From NCBI GenBank assembly GCA_038496445.1, contig JALMLS010000062.1, forward strand, positions 434,001-498,000: DNA of 64,000 bases. The letters are read 5' to 3'. Each line of letters opens with the position of its first letter. Within the stretch, counting starts at the first letter, position 1. Source of the DNA: Trichosphaerium sp. ATCC 40318. Its lineage: Eukaryota; Protista; Tubulinea. The position numbers and the translations under genes were made by a program. The notes under the pieces are model-generated. The model was not told the DNA's origin, searched no databases, and worked only from the letters and a program-made list of their open reading frames with translations. Of this stretch, positions 40,872-54,541 are shown piece by piece.

Positions 40872-41510
40872 AGTGGAGGGCAACAGTATGGAATTAACAG
40901 TATTTTCAGAATTGAATCATTTTTCACATATCTGCGTTTTTACAGATTTATTTCAAATATGCAGGATTAACAGTTTTTGATTTTACGTAATTCTTGATAT
41001 TTTTCGTGTTTATCATTTAAAACGGAAATTACGTTTTCCAACAACATCTCTAATAGATTCTACATATGTACCTCTGTTAGGCCAAAAATAGTGCAAAAAG
41101 GGTTTTGCCTCCAAAAACAAAAAAAAGCTGTAAATGGCCAACGCACATGCATGATGAGGCTTTTTACCAATTGAACCTGGTCCAATTGCTTTCTCACACG
41201 AATTAAAACATCAGCAAGGTATGTCAATCAAGCAAAAAAATGTAAAATTGTATGATGGGTTTTATAAACAAAACAAACAAGCCACTAACAATGACATTTC
41301 GATGCTTATAGTGATAGCAAAGGTCGTTTTAGCTCTTCTAAATTTTGTCGTCACGTAACGTACATCTTCAAAGTCACGTGAACAATGACAGTTAGAAATT
41401 TTGGTGAACCTGAAAACTATTCAGAAAAAAAGGCAATTTTCTGCTAAAGCTACTTAACGTATTCGGCACAAAATAAGTAAAAACACAATAACGGTCCGTC
41501 AAGTGAATAA

Positions 41511-42410
41511 ATGGAAAGTAATAATACCGTTTTAAACGTAGAAGGCCATACAGCCACACTTCCTCTAGAAATATTAAACCATATCGCCTCGTATGCGTCT
41601 CTTAGTGCTTTAAACAATATTTAACGTGTACTTAGCTACACTGACCTTGAAACAAAGCTAAATTTCGCGTCAACTTCTAAACAAGTCAGAGACATTGTTT
41701 TATCGCTCGTCAAGTACCACGGAAACGTTACAGACGCTGTCGTAGGGTAAACTAAAACGAGATTGTACTTTAAGTTCTTTTTTTGGACTAACGCCTTCAA
41801 AGGTGTTATTATAAACATTCAGGGTGGTATGAACACTATGCAGAAGTTTATTTTCTTGAAATAAAACGAGATGGGAAGTACAGTCTATCTGAACTGTTAT
41901 TGGTTGAATCCGCTCTTGGAAGGATACTCAACTTGCCTAATTCCCAAGAATGGTTTTTCACAAGTGGTAACTGGTCTGTCAAAAGACAGAAACCAAAACA
42001 AGATGGTATGTTGCACGAACGATTTTGTACAAAGTAACTTAGTTTTTTCTGATTTTTTGTGTTTTTAAGAGAGAAGTCAGCCTTTACTGCTCCTTGATGT
42101 AGTTAAGCAAACTACTGGCGGTGCAAGTTTTAGATATCTTGAGATTGAGTGGTCGGAAGAAGGAGAAGTTAAGAGTGTTGGAGTGTATGTTAAACAGTTG
42201 ACTTCCTCACGAGCTTGTTTTTATTCAATTTTTAGAAAGCATAATCATCGATTTGTGAAGCAACCGTCAGGTGATTTCAAGAGCAAGTTCTGGAAAGAAA
42301 GGTACTACTAGTGTTGTGTTATTTTTGCATGCTAAATATTTATCAAGGTTATGGTTTAATTGGGAAAAGAACGATGAACAATTTGAAAAATGTAGTATTA
42401 TGTAATATAA
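41511..42410 (+). pseudogene. Decayed intron-containing F-box gene
   Basis: ATLPLEILNHIASYASLSALNNI* followed by exon-like pieces with stops. Confidence 0.5.
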
Positions 42411-42751
42411 CAAGTTTGTAAATTAAAGTGAATTAAATGCTTATTACGACGAATAGACAACCTATTCTTTAGATTTATTGAGAACGTGTAAATTGTTTTG
42501 AAGTATAATTATTCTTAAGTCTAATGGCGTCATATTTGTGGGGTTGATTCTATTCGGGTAACTGACTAACAGCCTTGCATCTTATGTTGAATAAAAGAGC
42601 GTGTTAGAGAAACTGCCTGTAATGCTTCTATAGTGCCACAAAGCATTGTTTTGATTTCTCTTATAGACACAATAAACACTATATGTTGGGTACATATATT
42701 CTTAGTTGAGCACGTGCGTAATAAACAGCGTAATTCAACGTCAAAAAAACA

Positions 42752-43587
42752 TTACTTTTCTTTGGTTTTTTTCAAATGTATTGGAGTAGAACTCCAATAC
42801 TTTTGCTCGTATACTTCAGATTTATCTTCATGTCTATATAAAGCATCGTCTCCATCAGATGTAAACCCGTCATAATATAAAATAGTATCAAGTATGTCTA
42901 GTCTTGGAATAAGATCAAATCCTTGGTCAATACCAAACTTGAACTTTTTGAAGCTTTCAAGTGTTATTATACTCTTAACAGTCATTTTACCTCCTTCCTT
43001 TACATCACAACATATAACCATATACTCATTTAACTCAACATCATACAATAAGTGATCTTTCACATCGTCCAAGTTCGATAATTTTAAGTGAATGTATCGT
43101 TTCTCTTGACGTGAATATTCTATTTTTGTAATCTCATAGTTTGCCTTGTAATCCGTTGAGTTTATAAAGACAATACCACCTAAACCCTTTGGGCCTCTCT
43201 TGAAAGCCATATGATTTCTCTCAAAATCAAACGGACAAGTCCAATCGCTTATATACGAGCTAGTAAGCGCCTTAACGCAAGAAGTCTCAAGAAATGCTGA
43301 AAAGTTGAGCATTTCGATTATTTCTTCGGGATCTTCTTTGTTTACGAAAGCAATAGCGTCTTTGTGATAATTCATCCTTGTAAGGCACATACAAAGTACT
43401 AAAGGAAGAAAAGAAGGTATAAGCGATAAGATTGGTTTATTAATTGTTTTAACGCACGTCCTACGCCTCTCCATCTACTGTGCATGAGCTGGCAAGTACT
43501 TACGAATGATAAGGCTGAATTACCATCTAAGCGATCCAAAATCTCTTGAATTGTGTCTGGAAGACGTAAAATGTAGCAAGCTGTCAT
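42752..43587 (-). CDS. F-box protein (one probable intron near 43400-43480, otherwise frameshifted)
   Basis: ILRLPDTIQEILDRLDGNSALSFVSTCQLM joins the 240-aa downstream ORF through a GT..CTTTAG intron. Confidence 0.6.
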
Positions 43588-44299
43588 ATTCTAGAAAGTG
43601 TATAAGGCTAGACGCTAATAGAGACTAATTTACCTAAAAAAGAGCTTTTACGTATACGAACGTGCGTTGTGACTGAGCTTGTGGGTGTTCAAGGTGGCTA
43701 TTAAATTATGACTTACGACTAAAGCTGTGGTACACAAAACACTATCTATGCTTGTGATGGCCTGTAAAGGATCCTGTACTACGCTTCAACCACTGTAGAA
43801 TACCGCCTGGCTATTCTCTGAAAGTTCAAGGGAACCGTTCATGAAAACGCTTCAGAAGTCGCCTAACACAAACCTACGCAAGCGAAAAAAATAACTAGCA
43901 TTCCCACTTGGCGATATGTAGCTACAACTAGCCATAAGACAGTGTCTAGTACACTTCGTCTAAGATGTTGTGCGGATAGCAAAGAATTTTGAACAACTTG
44001 ACCGCTGTCTACTACTCTTATTATTGTGTTCTGGGGTATAGTATTTACCGTTTTTATTCACAATGATTTGAGTTTTCCTATTCTTTTCTGACACCAGATG
44101 ATTTCTTGTTTGAAAATATACGGGAATTTTTGATAAAATTTGCAAAGATCAATGTATCTTTCAATTATATCAAACGCTAAGTAACGTATAAATTGCTTGA
44201 GTATATGGTCATATTAATATACGTACAAATAGCATGACATAGCTTGTGTAGATCAATAGGACATAAAAATATTCTAAAATCAGTTTTAGACATTTTGAA

Positions 44300-45687
44300 T
44301 TAAAAAAAACTGAAATCTATCCTGCAAGCACGTGTTCGTGTAGTAAAAGAACAAGATCTCTGAAATTAGCCTTTTGTAAATCGTTTTCAAACAAATTTGA
44401 ACTTGCGCACAATAGAAGAGGCACAAGCAAGTTGAACTAAAGCAAAGGAAAATAAAGTAAAGAAGTTTTTTTTCTCGATTGTGTAAGCTTACGATTGACT
44501 ATCTGACTCTTCTAGGTGATTTGCACCATTCATACAACAATCATAATAAACACAATGATGTATACCAAACTATGAAACACTATTAAAGACCATTCAAACG
44601 AATAAAACTGTTTACCATGTGCCCTGTTTCATGAGCAAGTACTTGACAAGATCTTTTAATTAAAAGAGCCATATCACTTTCAGATAACGTTGGGTTTTGT
44701 ACACCCAGACCAAAATACGGCGAGTACCTGGCGAAACTAAAGACGCCTACGCCGTTACTTAAGCTCGCTTCTCCAAAAACAAAGTTCCATTTGTCATTAG
44801 GATACACATCAACCATGGTAACAGCAAGCATACAGAAACCTAAAAAGTATGAGTACAAAAAAGAAAAAAAACAAGGAAAATAAGAAAAGCTTCGTACAGT
44901 TCCCACGCTTTGACTTTTCATTCTTTAACGCATTCATTATATCTCCTACATCACTTCGTGAGAATTTTGGTATTACAACGGTTAAAACTGTAAAGAAAGC
45001 GAGGTTAACCTCAACAAACCTGTTACAAGCTGAAGATTATTCGTTTCACTATTTGTGCGACTTCGAATATTATAACGTTTGCCTACACGTGACAATACTT
45101 GAGAAAAACGTGGTACTTTTTAAGTCACTTACCTTTACTGCTTTGATAAACACAAGCGCCAGATCGGCGGTTACCAGCTGTAATATTCTTTAAAGGTTCA
45201 AGCAATTCAACATTCATTCCATGAAAATAACATGAAGCAAACTCGCCTAAAAGTTCCAAAGGCGGCGAGCACGATTCATCAAATGTACCGACAGGTTGTA
45301 TGTAGAATGTATTACGTCTCTTAGTACTATACAGACTATCAATAGTGTGTTTTATAGCGTATAAAATGCATACGGTTTGCAACATTGATGTTGCCTGTAT
45401 TCAAAAAAGTTTTGGGCGCCTTCTTGATGCTCAGCCAGCCAATCGCCCTGAGGTTGTTATAATACGCGTTTATATATCTCTTTTACCTCGCTTGGTTGTT
45501 GTATCTCTCTGAAACCTTCAGTACAAGCGAGAATTGGTTTATTCTCTTCAGATGCGTTGGAAACACATATAGCAGCCTCCCTTTGCTAGTTGTAGCGTAA
45601 CCAGGAGGTGAAATTGCTCATAAAGCGTACGCGGCGGTTTGGCTTTATGAATCTGCCTCTTTTATTGTAGTACAATACGTTGTCCAT
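44300..45687 (-). CDS. Archaemetzincin (peptidase M54) zinc metalloprotease; last exon looks degenerate
   Basis: GDWLAEHQE, YIQPVG, DVYPNDKWNFVFGEA, GVFSFARY, HETGHM-FGIHHC..CCMNGANHLEESD. Confidence 0.85.
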
Positions 45688-46151
45688 GTTGTGATGATGT
45701 TAAAAAGCAATAAAGGCTCCAATATGAAAAGTCGTTAAAATTTCGTATTCAACAAAAAGTTGGGTTTTTTTCCCTTTTTTTTTTCTTTTATGCAACTGTT
45801 GATTTCCTTTTTCTTAGTTTTATCGTCAAAGATCCTACAAATATCAATAACTATGTTACAGTCGTAGAGCACTTATCAACAAGTGATAAATCAGCGTGCA
45901 TCTTGCTAACTTGTATCAGGAGGTGTACCTCTAGCTGAGTTGAAGGCGCGTTTGGACTTCAGTAATAGAGTCAAGATCTCTTGCTGAACCGTCGCCTCTG
46001 AAACATTTTGAAGACTATTGAGCTAACGGTAATACTTCATTTGAGTTGCCAAAGAAAGGTCGTCGAGATACATACACATAAATTTGACCTTTGAAAAAAT
46101 GATCACGTGAAAACTCAAGACAAGAAAAGGCTTGTTTTTTTTACACTTCAA

Positions 46152-47054
46152 ATGACAACTAAACAGCTCTCACATGTTGATACATTAACAGGCAACACAA
46201 ACTTGTTTTCCGTTCCTTTAGAGATACTACAATATATTATTATAAGTAACGACCTTTCATGGCAAGATCTAGCTTCGTTACAACAATCAAACCATTATCT
46301 ATACGAAATGATAGTATCCTCGTCAGATTACATTTATCGCCATTTGTACCTACAAAAATGGGGTCGTGATGCTGAAGAGATTGAGGTTGCCATCCATCAA
46401 ACACTGGTAAGCCATTCGCAGCGCATAAAAATTCCAAGGACTTGCTACAATCTTAATGCAGTCACATGGAAAGAAAAGTATCAAAACAAACTTCTTCCAA
46501 ATATCATCTCTGAGTTGAGCTGTGACAACACACATGTTCACAAAGGGCAGACGGTAACATTCAAACTTACACTTGAGAATATTGGTAAAACACAAGAGAT
46601 AGTTTACCTTGGTTTTTGCTCCACGTTCTGTAGTCTACTTGAGGGTGATGCTATTTGTATTTGGAAGCCTCTTATCAAAGATAGTAGCGGGTTTCTAGAT
46701 AACGCCAAAAGCATGCACACTTTTACAGATGAGCTCTTTGATGAAGAAAAGACTGATTGTAAGTTTGCATTGAATCCAGGAGACAAGCACACTTTTGAGA
46801 TACCAATACTTTTTGACAAGTCCAAGCCGTTAGTAGGTATAGCTACGAATTTTGGAACATTGTCTTTTCAAGGTAAACTCTTTCAAGTACTGGTTGCCTG
46901 TGATGAAACACCAACTGTATTTCCTCTTCAAGTATATGCAAAAGTCAATACTTATAAAGAAACTTGCAAAGGCCGTATCACAACCAATTTTGGACACTGC
47001 TCAATAGTTACAAGCAATGTTGTAAATCTTACAATGTATAAAACATGCTTATAA
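46152..47054 (+). CDS. Intronless F-box protein with Ig-like beta-sandwich C-terminus
   Basis: LFSVPLEILQYII..DLASLQQSNHYLYEM..WKEKY; GQTVTFKLTLENIG. Confidence 0.75.
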   Translation: MTTKQLSHVDTLTGNTNLFSVPLEILQYIIISNDLSWQDLASLQQSNHYLYEMIVSSSDYIYRHLYLQKWGRDAEEIEVAIHQTLVSHSQRIKIPRTCYNLNAVTWKEKYQNKLLPNIISELSCDNTHVHKGQTVTFKLTLENIGKTQEIVYLGFCSTFCSLLEGDAICIWKPLIKDSSGFLDNAKSMHTFTDELFDEEKTDCKFALNPGDKHTFEIPILFDKSKPLVGIATNFGTLSFQGKLFQVLVACDETPTVFPLQVYAKVNTYKETCKGRITTNFGHCSIVTSNVVNLTMYKTCL

Positions 47055-47136
47055 AACAATGTCTTCAACTAATAATTTGCACTCTTGTGCAGGTGTCTTC
47101 TACTACATAAATACTCACCACTTTTGGGTAGTAGGC

Positions 47137-47380
47137 TATTGATATTCGAGAACTGATGCACGTGTCATTTGTGTCAGCAAAAAAAAAAGTGAATTTATAA
47201 ACTAATAGACACATGATCAGTACTAATCATGTTCACACGCTCATTAGGTGTACGTAGGTTTATTGATATTCACGAACTGACGCACGTGTCAATGAGTCAT
47301 AAGCAAAAAAAAGCGAATTTGTAAACTAATAGACATGCTCGCTACTAATCATGTTCATACGCTCATTAGTTGTACATAGC
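47137..47380. repeat. Tandem duplication, 2 x about 124 bp
   Basis: Two diverged units TATTGATATTC..AACTGA.GCACGTGTCA..GAATTT.TAAACTAATAGACA..TACTAATCATGTTCA.ACGCTCATTAG.TGTAC. Confidence 0.85.
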
Positions 47381-47819
47381 TCCAAAATTGCAACACGTGC
47401 GATATGATAAATTAGACTAGTAGCACGGCAGACGAAAATTGTATTTTCCAAAAAAAAACAGTTGACATTGACCCAGCACAAATGTAGTGCTACATGGCGC
47501 ACCATGAGATACAACGAACATACCAAAGACACAAGTATTTGATTAAACAATTTAATAAGTATTTTTATCAACAACATTTGCAGTAATCTTACCACAACAC
47601 ATTACAAGTAAAACGTAAAAAATGAAAAAAAAGAAAGAGAAAATGAAAAATTTCTTGGATTGCAAAAACTTCTTTTTTATTATAAACCGGGCTACGTGAA
47701 AGTCGCGAATGTGAAGACAGAGTTTGTTTGACCAACTTAGCCATAATAAATGAACAACCACTTCTTTTAATAAACCAAGTAATATAATGAATCAGAAAAA
47801 GACACAATACGAGATAAGC

Positions 47820-49577
47820 TTATTGTTGTGCTGCTTTCTTCTGGTTTTCGGCAAATATTGTACCCAAAGAAGGTTTTGAAGGCAATACGTATGTTGGATT
47901 TTGAGGTTGAAGGTTTGGCATGTTGAGCTTTTTACGCCATGCATCATCTTCAGCTTTATCCTTAGCAGCATCACGGAGAGCGGCCTTTTTATCTTCTCTG
48001 GCTCCTTTACGGGCTTCAGCTTCTTCTCTAAAACAAAAAACAGTTAGTAAAAGGCATATAAAGTAGTATAAAAACGAAAAAGAAAAGAAATCGCATTTTT
48101 TGAAATTTAATTTTTTTTCGGCGATTTTTTTTTTCGTTTTGTTCTTTCTTTCTTTCTGTTTTTTTTTTCGTCTACGTACTCTCTGCGGGTGTCGAGGAAT
48201 CGCTCGTATGGGTTGAGTTTGTACATAATTTGTCTGTTCTTGAAAGGATTACCCTTCTTGCCTTTAGCCCATGGGTACTTTCCGTTTACATTGTAACGCA
48301 AGTATTCGTGAACTGCAGGGTCTGACATGATACGAGTAATGTCGCAGTTGGTGAAGCAAGAGCGTGGAGGTCTAAAAACAAAGAAAAAAGTAAGCATAAA
48401 ATTCAAAACATGAGACTCGTTTAAAAACGCACCTGAATCCAGATTTGACAGTGGAATCTTTATCGTATGTTCCGAAGGTTGCGTCAAGTGCTTTGAAAGC
48501 ATCATCAGCCCAGATGACGAATCTACCAACTGAACCACCTGGAGCGAGATCCAAAAGGTTCAAGTAGTCAAGACGGACTACTTCAACACCAGGGATGTTT
48601 CTGAAAGCGGCAAGAGCGGAACCAGCATCGTCTTTGACAACAATGAGAGGACCACGTTTGGTAACAGTCTTTCTAAAGGAAGAACGTAAGAAAAGAGCGA
48701 AACAAGACGAAGAAAAAAGAAAATCCAAAAAAACAGTTTAAAGTGCCGTACCTGTTACGCCATTTTGATTTACCAGCGCGCTTCTTTCTGTTTGCGCATC
48801 TGTCGACCTCAGGACCAGCACCAACATCATCCAAGAAGTCAAGAGCATCTTTTGTCTTCTCAATGTCCAAAATTTTGCCGGCACTGTAAAGTACAATTAG
48901 GTTAGCAATTCGTACAGATAAATAGTAAGCGCAGCGGTTTTTGTAAGTTTTTTCGCGCGTTTTGTTTCACGTACGCTACAACAAGTGGTACTTCAGCTGT
49001 TTCTTGAATTTGATGTCCACGGGCCATAACGAGGGCTGGGACAGCGGTTGCTGACAAAGCAGAGCATACAGCGTAACGCTTTTGGTTCTTTGGAGTCATT
49101 CTTCTCCAGCGTTTCCAAAGCCTCTTTGGTTTGAACATACGACCACCGCGGGCGAACTTTAAGAGTGAAGAAAAAAAACAAAAAAATGAAGAAAAAATTA
49201 TTTGCAGTCATAAGGATACAGGTGCAAAAGCTACTTGTCCAGCTCTGTGGGTACCACCACCGTGTACACGAGGTGCACGAGATACAGCGCGACCAGTACC
49301 CCAAGATTCAGCTGAGACATCCATACCAGCGCTGTGGTGTACAGCGGTTGGTTGTCTGAGTGATAGTCTAAGACATCTGTGGATCATACGAACAATATCG
49401 ATACGAATTGGTGCGCGTAGTACATCAGGCATAGCTACTTGCTCAAGTTTTGAAGCGTCCTCGCTAGAGAATTGTACAGCGACGGTAGGTCTCTCCGCAG
49501 CCTTTGAAGGTTGATCAGCTTAAACGCAGAAAAAGCTACGATATACAACGAAAAGGGTCGTAGTATTAACATACCAT
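47820..49577 (-). CDS. RPL4: 60S ribosomal protein L4 (uL4), 6 introns
   Basis: [72 protein letters not shown]. Confidence 0.95.
49157..49219 (-). other. Candidate U12-type (minor spliceosome) GT-AG intron
   Basis: 5' end GTATCCTT; branch-like TTTCTTCAC close to the 3' AAG; removal restores AFAP|FARGGRMF. Confidence 0.6.
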
Positions 49578-50161
49578 GGTTGAGTTCTATTTGTGCCTAT
49601 TGGATAAGGATTAGAAAATAACTGTGACTAGGCTGAGAAAACTTCGGAAAATGGTTGGGTAAAATTTTTCAAATGCGACCTCTGTTTTACAAATAGCTTC
49701 AAATTGCATTCTATCGTCAGTTTTATATTGTTTGAGTACTTTGGTGGAACTTTCATCGCGTTTTACGCTTGTTTTCTACCAGGAATGCGTAAATGGAGTT
49801 AATGCGCACTGTTACGGCAGTACTCTGCGACATATATCTTACCAGCGCACAACGCAGTTTTTATGGTAATTAGTACATTACATGCATGTAGTAACAACGT
49901 TATCCAACCCAAAACGACGTTGAGTTACGTGTTGTTACGTGAAGAACGAAAGCTGGCTTCCGTGACACTACTTAACGGGCGAGCGCGTACACTCCGCGTG
50001 CATGCACGTTCTTTCCCATCAATACGGCCGTAGGAACTACATAGCAATCACGTGACATGCAACGTTCATCTTTCGTCGCTAAACTAACGAATCACAAAAA
50101 ACCGAAGTATTGGCAAGTACATAACGCAGCAACAGGACTTTTTTTTATTATTATTCGCTCA

Positions 50162-52006
50162 ATGCCTGTAAGACTTGGAGTCCTTGTAGTTTATATACTA
50201 CTCCTAGGATCTCTACTGACAACTACAAGGGGTTTGGTAACTACATTAGTTAGAAGTACGTTTAGCAAATAAACAACAACTCATAGAGTTTTAAATTAAT
50301 ACTAAAATACGTATTGTTTAGGAGTAGCGGCATGCCAAGACGCTACAATATTTCAAAAAGACACTAATCATGCATCCGGGGCGGACCATACACTCTTTGT
50401 TGGTAATGTATTCGTTGTTCTTTAGAAATTGACTTTTTTGAATCAACAACTCAAAAAAAAAAGTGTTCATTCTCTGGAATCTAAACCAAAACGTATATCG
50501 TTTATAACCATTTATTTTGAATCTTGTATTAAGGTTCTTATTAGATCTTTTTTCTTAACAAGTGTTGAGTGCCGTTGTGTTCAATTTTGTAACCAGAAAG
50601 CCATTTTTATTTATTATTTTTATTGTCAAGATTTTCTTGCGTTATATTGTTTTATTTACATCTAAAATAGGTACAAATGGTGGCCCTAATGAAGAACTCC
50701 GAACATTAATAAGATTTAATGTAAGCTTCATTCCTAGTGGTTCTGAGATACATGCAGTGCTCTTAACACTACACGCAACAGAATTAATACATCACCAACC
50801 TATTGCTGTACACAGACTTACATCAGATTGGGGTACGTATCTTGTTTTCTTCAAAAACAACGCACAAAAAAAAAACGTGCAAATTTTGTATTCTCGTGAT
50901 TTTTCATATGTGTTCTCTCGTGTGTTATTAAAAAGTCTCATTTTGTTTATTAATACAGGCGCTGGTCCATCGAATGCAAATGGAAGTATAGAAGGAGAAC
51001 CAGCAGTAGCAGGAGAGGGTGATGCTACATGGTCTCATGCGTTTTACACTGATGATGCTTGGCAGAACGCTGGCGGCGATTTTATTGGTAATATATCTTT
51101 CTCGTATACCATTGTATCTAGAGGGGACTGTACGTAGCAATTCGAACAACCACTGTACAGTACAGCTACTTAAAAAATCTCGCGTAGTCAGTCTTGGTTA
51201 CACCAACAGGAAGTCGAGATTAAGCCTTGATATTCAAGCGTGGGTTGATGGCACTGCTCCTAACTATGGATGGATTCTTATGGGTCCAAACGATAGAGAT
51301 TCTCATGTCGCTTTTGGTGCTATGAATGCCACATACGGACAGTATAGTATTGCGCCAGGTTAGTTTGTTAGCACAGACGTTTCATCTTTTTTCTTGTCTT
51401 TGCTGACCAATAGTAGCGTTAACCATAGCCTATATACCTCCGCATGGTAGCGGAGGCGGTGCTGGAGTTCAAGTTCCTCCATCTAATCCAACGGAAGCGG
51501 TACCCACGGCGCTACCCACAGCGTCTCCCACAGCGTCACCAACAGAAGCTACAATGGCACCAACGAATGTACCAACAACAGCTACGGTTTCCCCTACACA
51601 AGTACCAGCGACATCTACAACTGCACCTACAAGCGTTGTGACTTCATCACCTACAGATGCCCCAGTCGCTTCCCCAACAGCTGTGGTGCCAACAGAATCA
51701 CCTACACCACTTGTGACACGATCTCCTTCGGCTAGAACAAGTGCACAAGGAGCAGTATTTTGCGTTTTCCCAACAGTTTCATCTGACTCTTGCGGGTAAG
51801 TCAAAGTCCTCTACGCGAACTACAAAATTATGTAGATTCTAAGACTAACTCTACAATTTAGTTGCAACGTCGTTGAATGCCCTTTTAATACTCAGATGGG
51901 CGGTTTCGTATGTTCTACTCCAGAGTTATGTATTTACAGAGGAACAACACTACCACCCACACTTGATGTCGCATACAGTTCTACAAGGTGTTCTTGTGCA
52001 CTGTGA
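50162..52006 (+). CDS. Secreted DNRLRE/CBM96-like domain protein with Pro/Thr-rich mucin-like stalk and Cys-rich tail
   Basis: Signal peptide; DATI..LFVG..RTLIRFNVSFIPSG..LTLH..VHRLTSDW..ATW..WQNAGGDF..DIQAWVDGTAPNYGWIL; SPT repeats. Confidence 0.75.
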
Positions 52007-52590
52007 GCTATAGTTATTCACCAACAAACAAAAAACGAACAAACCAAATAAACAAGAGATAAAAATCCAGTTACAGCACGCCCTAGTACCTGATGGACTG
52101 TGAGTATCGAATAAACAAATGTATGTACTATTCTTTCAGAAAACATTTTCTTGAACTATCGACTCAGAGTGCAACATGTGAGTACTACAAAAGTCTAGTA
52201 TTAAAGTTCGTTTTCAATCACGTGGACATTTTCTTGTCGCTATTTTTCTTGCTGTCAATTTTCAACAAAAGCTGAGTCTTGACGTTTTATCATAGTGGCT
52301 CTGTGGATGCCTATAAAATCGCCAGTTATAATAGTCACATTCCATAAGTTCGTGTATAGTTCTGTACATTGACACAACTATTCCGATTGAAACATTTTGT
52401 CCACAAAACACTACAGCGACGGCATTTTTCAAGACTTGTCCCAGTTATGAAATAAGAATGAGACAATACACGCCACACATGCTACCTCATAAAACAGCAA
52501 TTATTTACGCCCGTGCAATAACAATAACAACTGTGTGGTTGTTTTTATTGGACTCTAAAGTACAAATACTTCACTTTTTTTACTGTTTAT

Positions 52591-54358
52591 CTATTCTACA
52601 CAAGATCTTCCCTTATTTGACCGAAAACCCAATGGCCAAAGTGGTAAAACCCTATAACAAAACGTATTATTAGTTTCAAAGGAAAAAACACAAAACACGT
52701 GACAATCACTTGTTTCTTTGTTAACACGCTGAAACATACCTTAGACTTTTTAATATACCCCATCCCGTCTTTCCAACACGCCACCCGCCAATAATATAAC
52801 ATGTGTCAGAAATAACAACACACTCACTAGATACAAAGTAGTCTTGACTCAAGTCATCGTCATCCTACGTTGATTTAAACATGTGACTTCATGAGAAAGT
52901 TCCTTTTTGTGGTAGATTACCTTACAAGGTACTTGTGGTGATGACCAAGCAAGTGTTCTTAAGTCAAGAAGCCAAACTGAATATGTGAGTGAGAAGTAAG
53001 TCCACCTTGTTTTGGACTGGGTAAACACGTGCCTTTTGGGTAAGCTATGAGGATAATATTTTCTTTGTAATAAAAACTATTCAACTCTCCAAAATAGTAC
53101 TTTGGAACACCAAGTCCTAGAGCAGTCGATTAATGTTGAAAATAATCCCAAATATAATAGCATACGCCTTGTATCCGTAGAACACTGCGTTGATAGAGTG
53201 ACCCACCGCAATTTTTCTAAAACGTATTAAACAAAAAAACCTGAAAAAAATAGGAATGACTTCGTAATCGTTCCATAAAACAATTAAAAGTGTAATTGAA
53301 CAGTTCAACAAAAGAAACCATAAAATAGCGTCTGTATTAAGATAGTAAGAACTGACAAGATTATTTGTGAACTTCACTGAAGAAGGTGCTTAAAAAAGAA
53401 ATGTACCTGTGTTTAATACGAATAATGATGGCATAGTGTTCCAGCTCTTCTCATAAGAAAGTACATAAATAAGATCATCCACACCCACAGCTTGTATTCT
53501 CAATCCTCCTTTCGGACCAAGGCCAGTTGTTTTAAGTGTTTCCCAAGTCATATTTTCTATCGCGAAAACTTCAATAAAAATAGTAAAATTGTTTGAAAGT
53601 CGTACTCAAGTTGAGACAAACTATGTCGTTATATGGTATCCATTTTTCTTTTCTCTTATCATATCGATGTCCTCCAATAAAATAAGCGTTACCTATATAA
53701 TAAACAGGTTAACAGAGCACTACCACTATGACATCTGGTCGTGTTAACATACTTCCTAAAATAACAGTTTTGTGCCCACTTCTAGGCGTTGAACTATTTA
53801 CAAAATCAACATTCCTCCACGTGTTCTACAAAACATCATTCAGAATCGGCTTTAAAAAAATATGGATTAAGTACGTCTTCAATGTTGAATATTACACCTC
53901 CTTCTGAAGATAGCGTATCTTCTTTTGTAGTTGCAACATAATCTTCATCGATATATCCTTCAAAAAAATTTCTCCTTCCAAAACAAAGCAATATCTCTTT
54001 ATCATTCAATGGAATGGCACTGTGTCTACAACGCCTGAATTTATCTGACTTATTATCAATACTACTCCTTTTAAGTCTGGGATAGTGCTGCGTCCATGAT
54101 ATAGCTTTGGAAGGTTCAAATGAATGAATCTGGAATCGACTATCAAAAAAAGACTTTTACTTCATTCGTTTTTTGTACCGTATCCATAGTTTTATAAACG
54201 CTATCCTTGAACGCCTGGCCACCAGATAAGACGATCTTATCCTTTACTACGGCTGCAACGCCATGAGAATGATCAGGAGGCACTGAAGTGTTAAGAACAC
54301 GCGCCCATTCAAGACTTTCTATCACACCAGTTAGAAAGGATATTTTTCTGGATTGCAT
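52591..54358 (-). CDS. Kelch-repeat beta-propeller protein, multi-exon
   Basis: IVLSGG, LCFGR, PRSGHKT..LFIGG, WETLKTTG, VWLLDLRTLAW, CYIIGG. Confidence 0.75.
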
Positions 54359-54541
54359 AACAAGTTGAAAAGAAGGTGTGCGTTATAACTGAGAATAACG
54401 AAAATTCAACAAAAAAATTCCATCGCCAGTGTATTGATACAAAACCATTAAAACAAAATGCGTCCAAGCGACGAAAGCAGTTAAAAAACGAAGAAAAAAA
54501 AACCCAAAACTTTTTTTTTTAATTCGATTTTTTATAATTAA

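Noticed and set aside
54283-54343. ATATCCTTT as an AT-AC U12 donor in the Kelch gene
   Set aside because: The ORF is open through it, and removal to the nearby acceptor would shift the frame.
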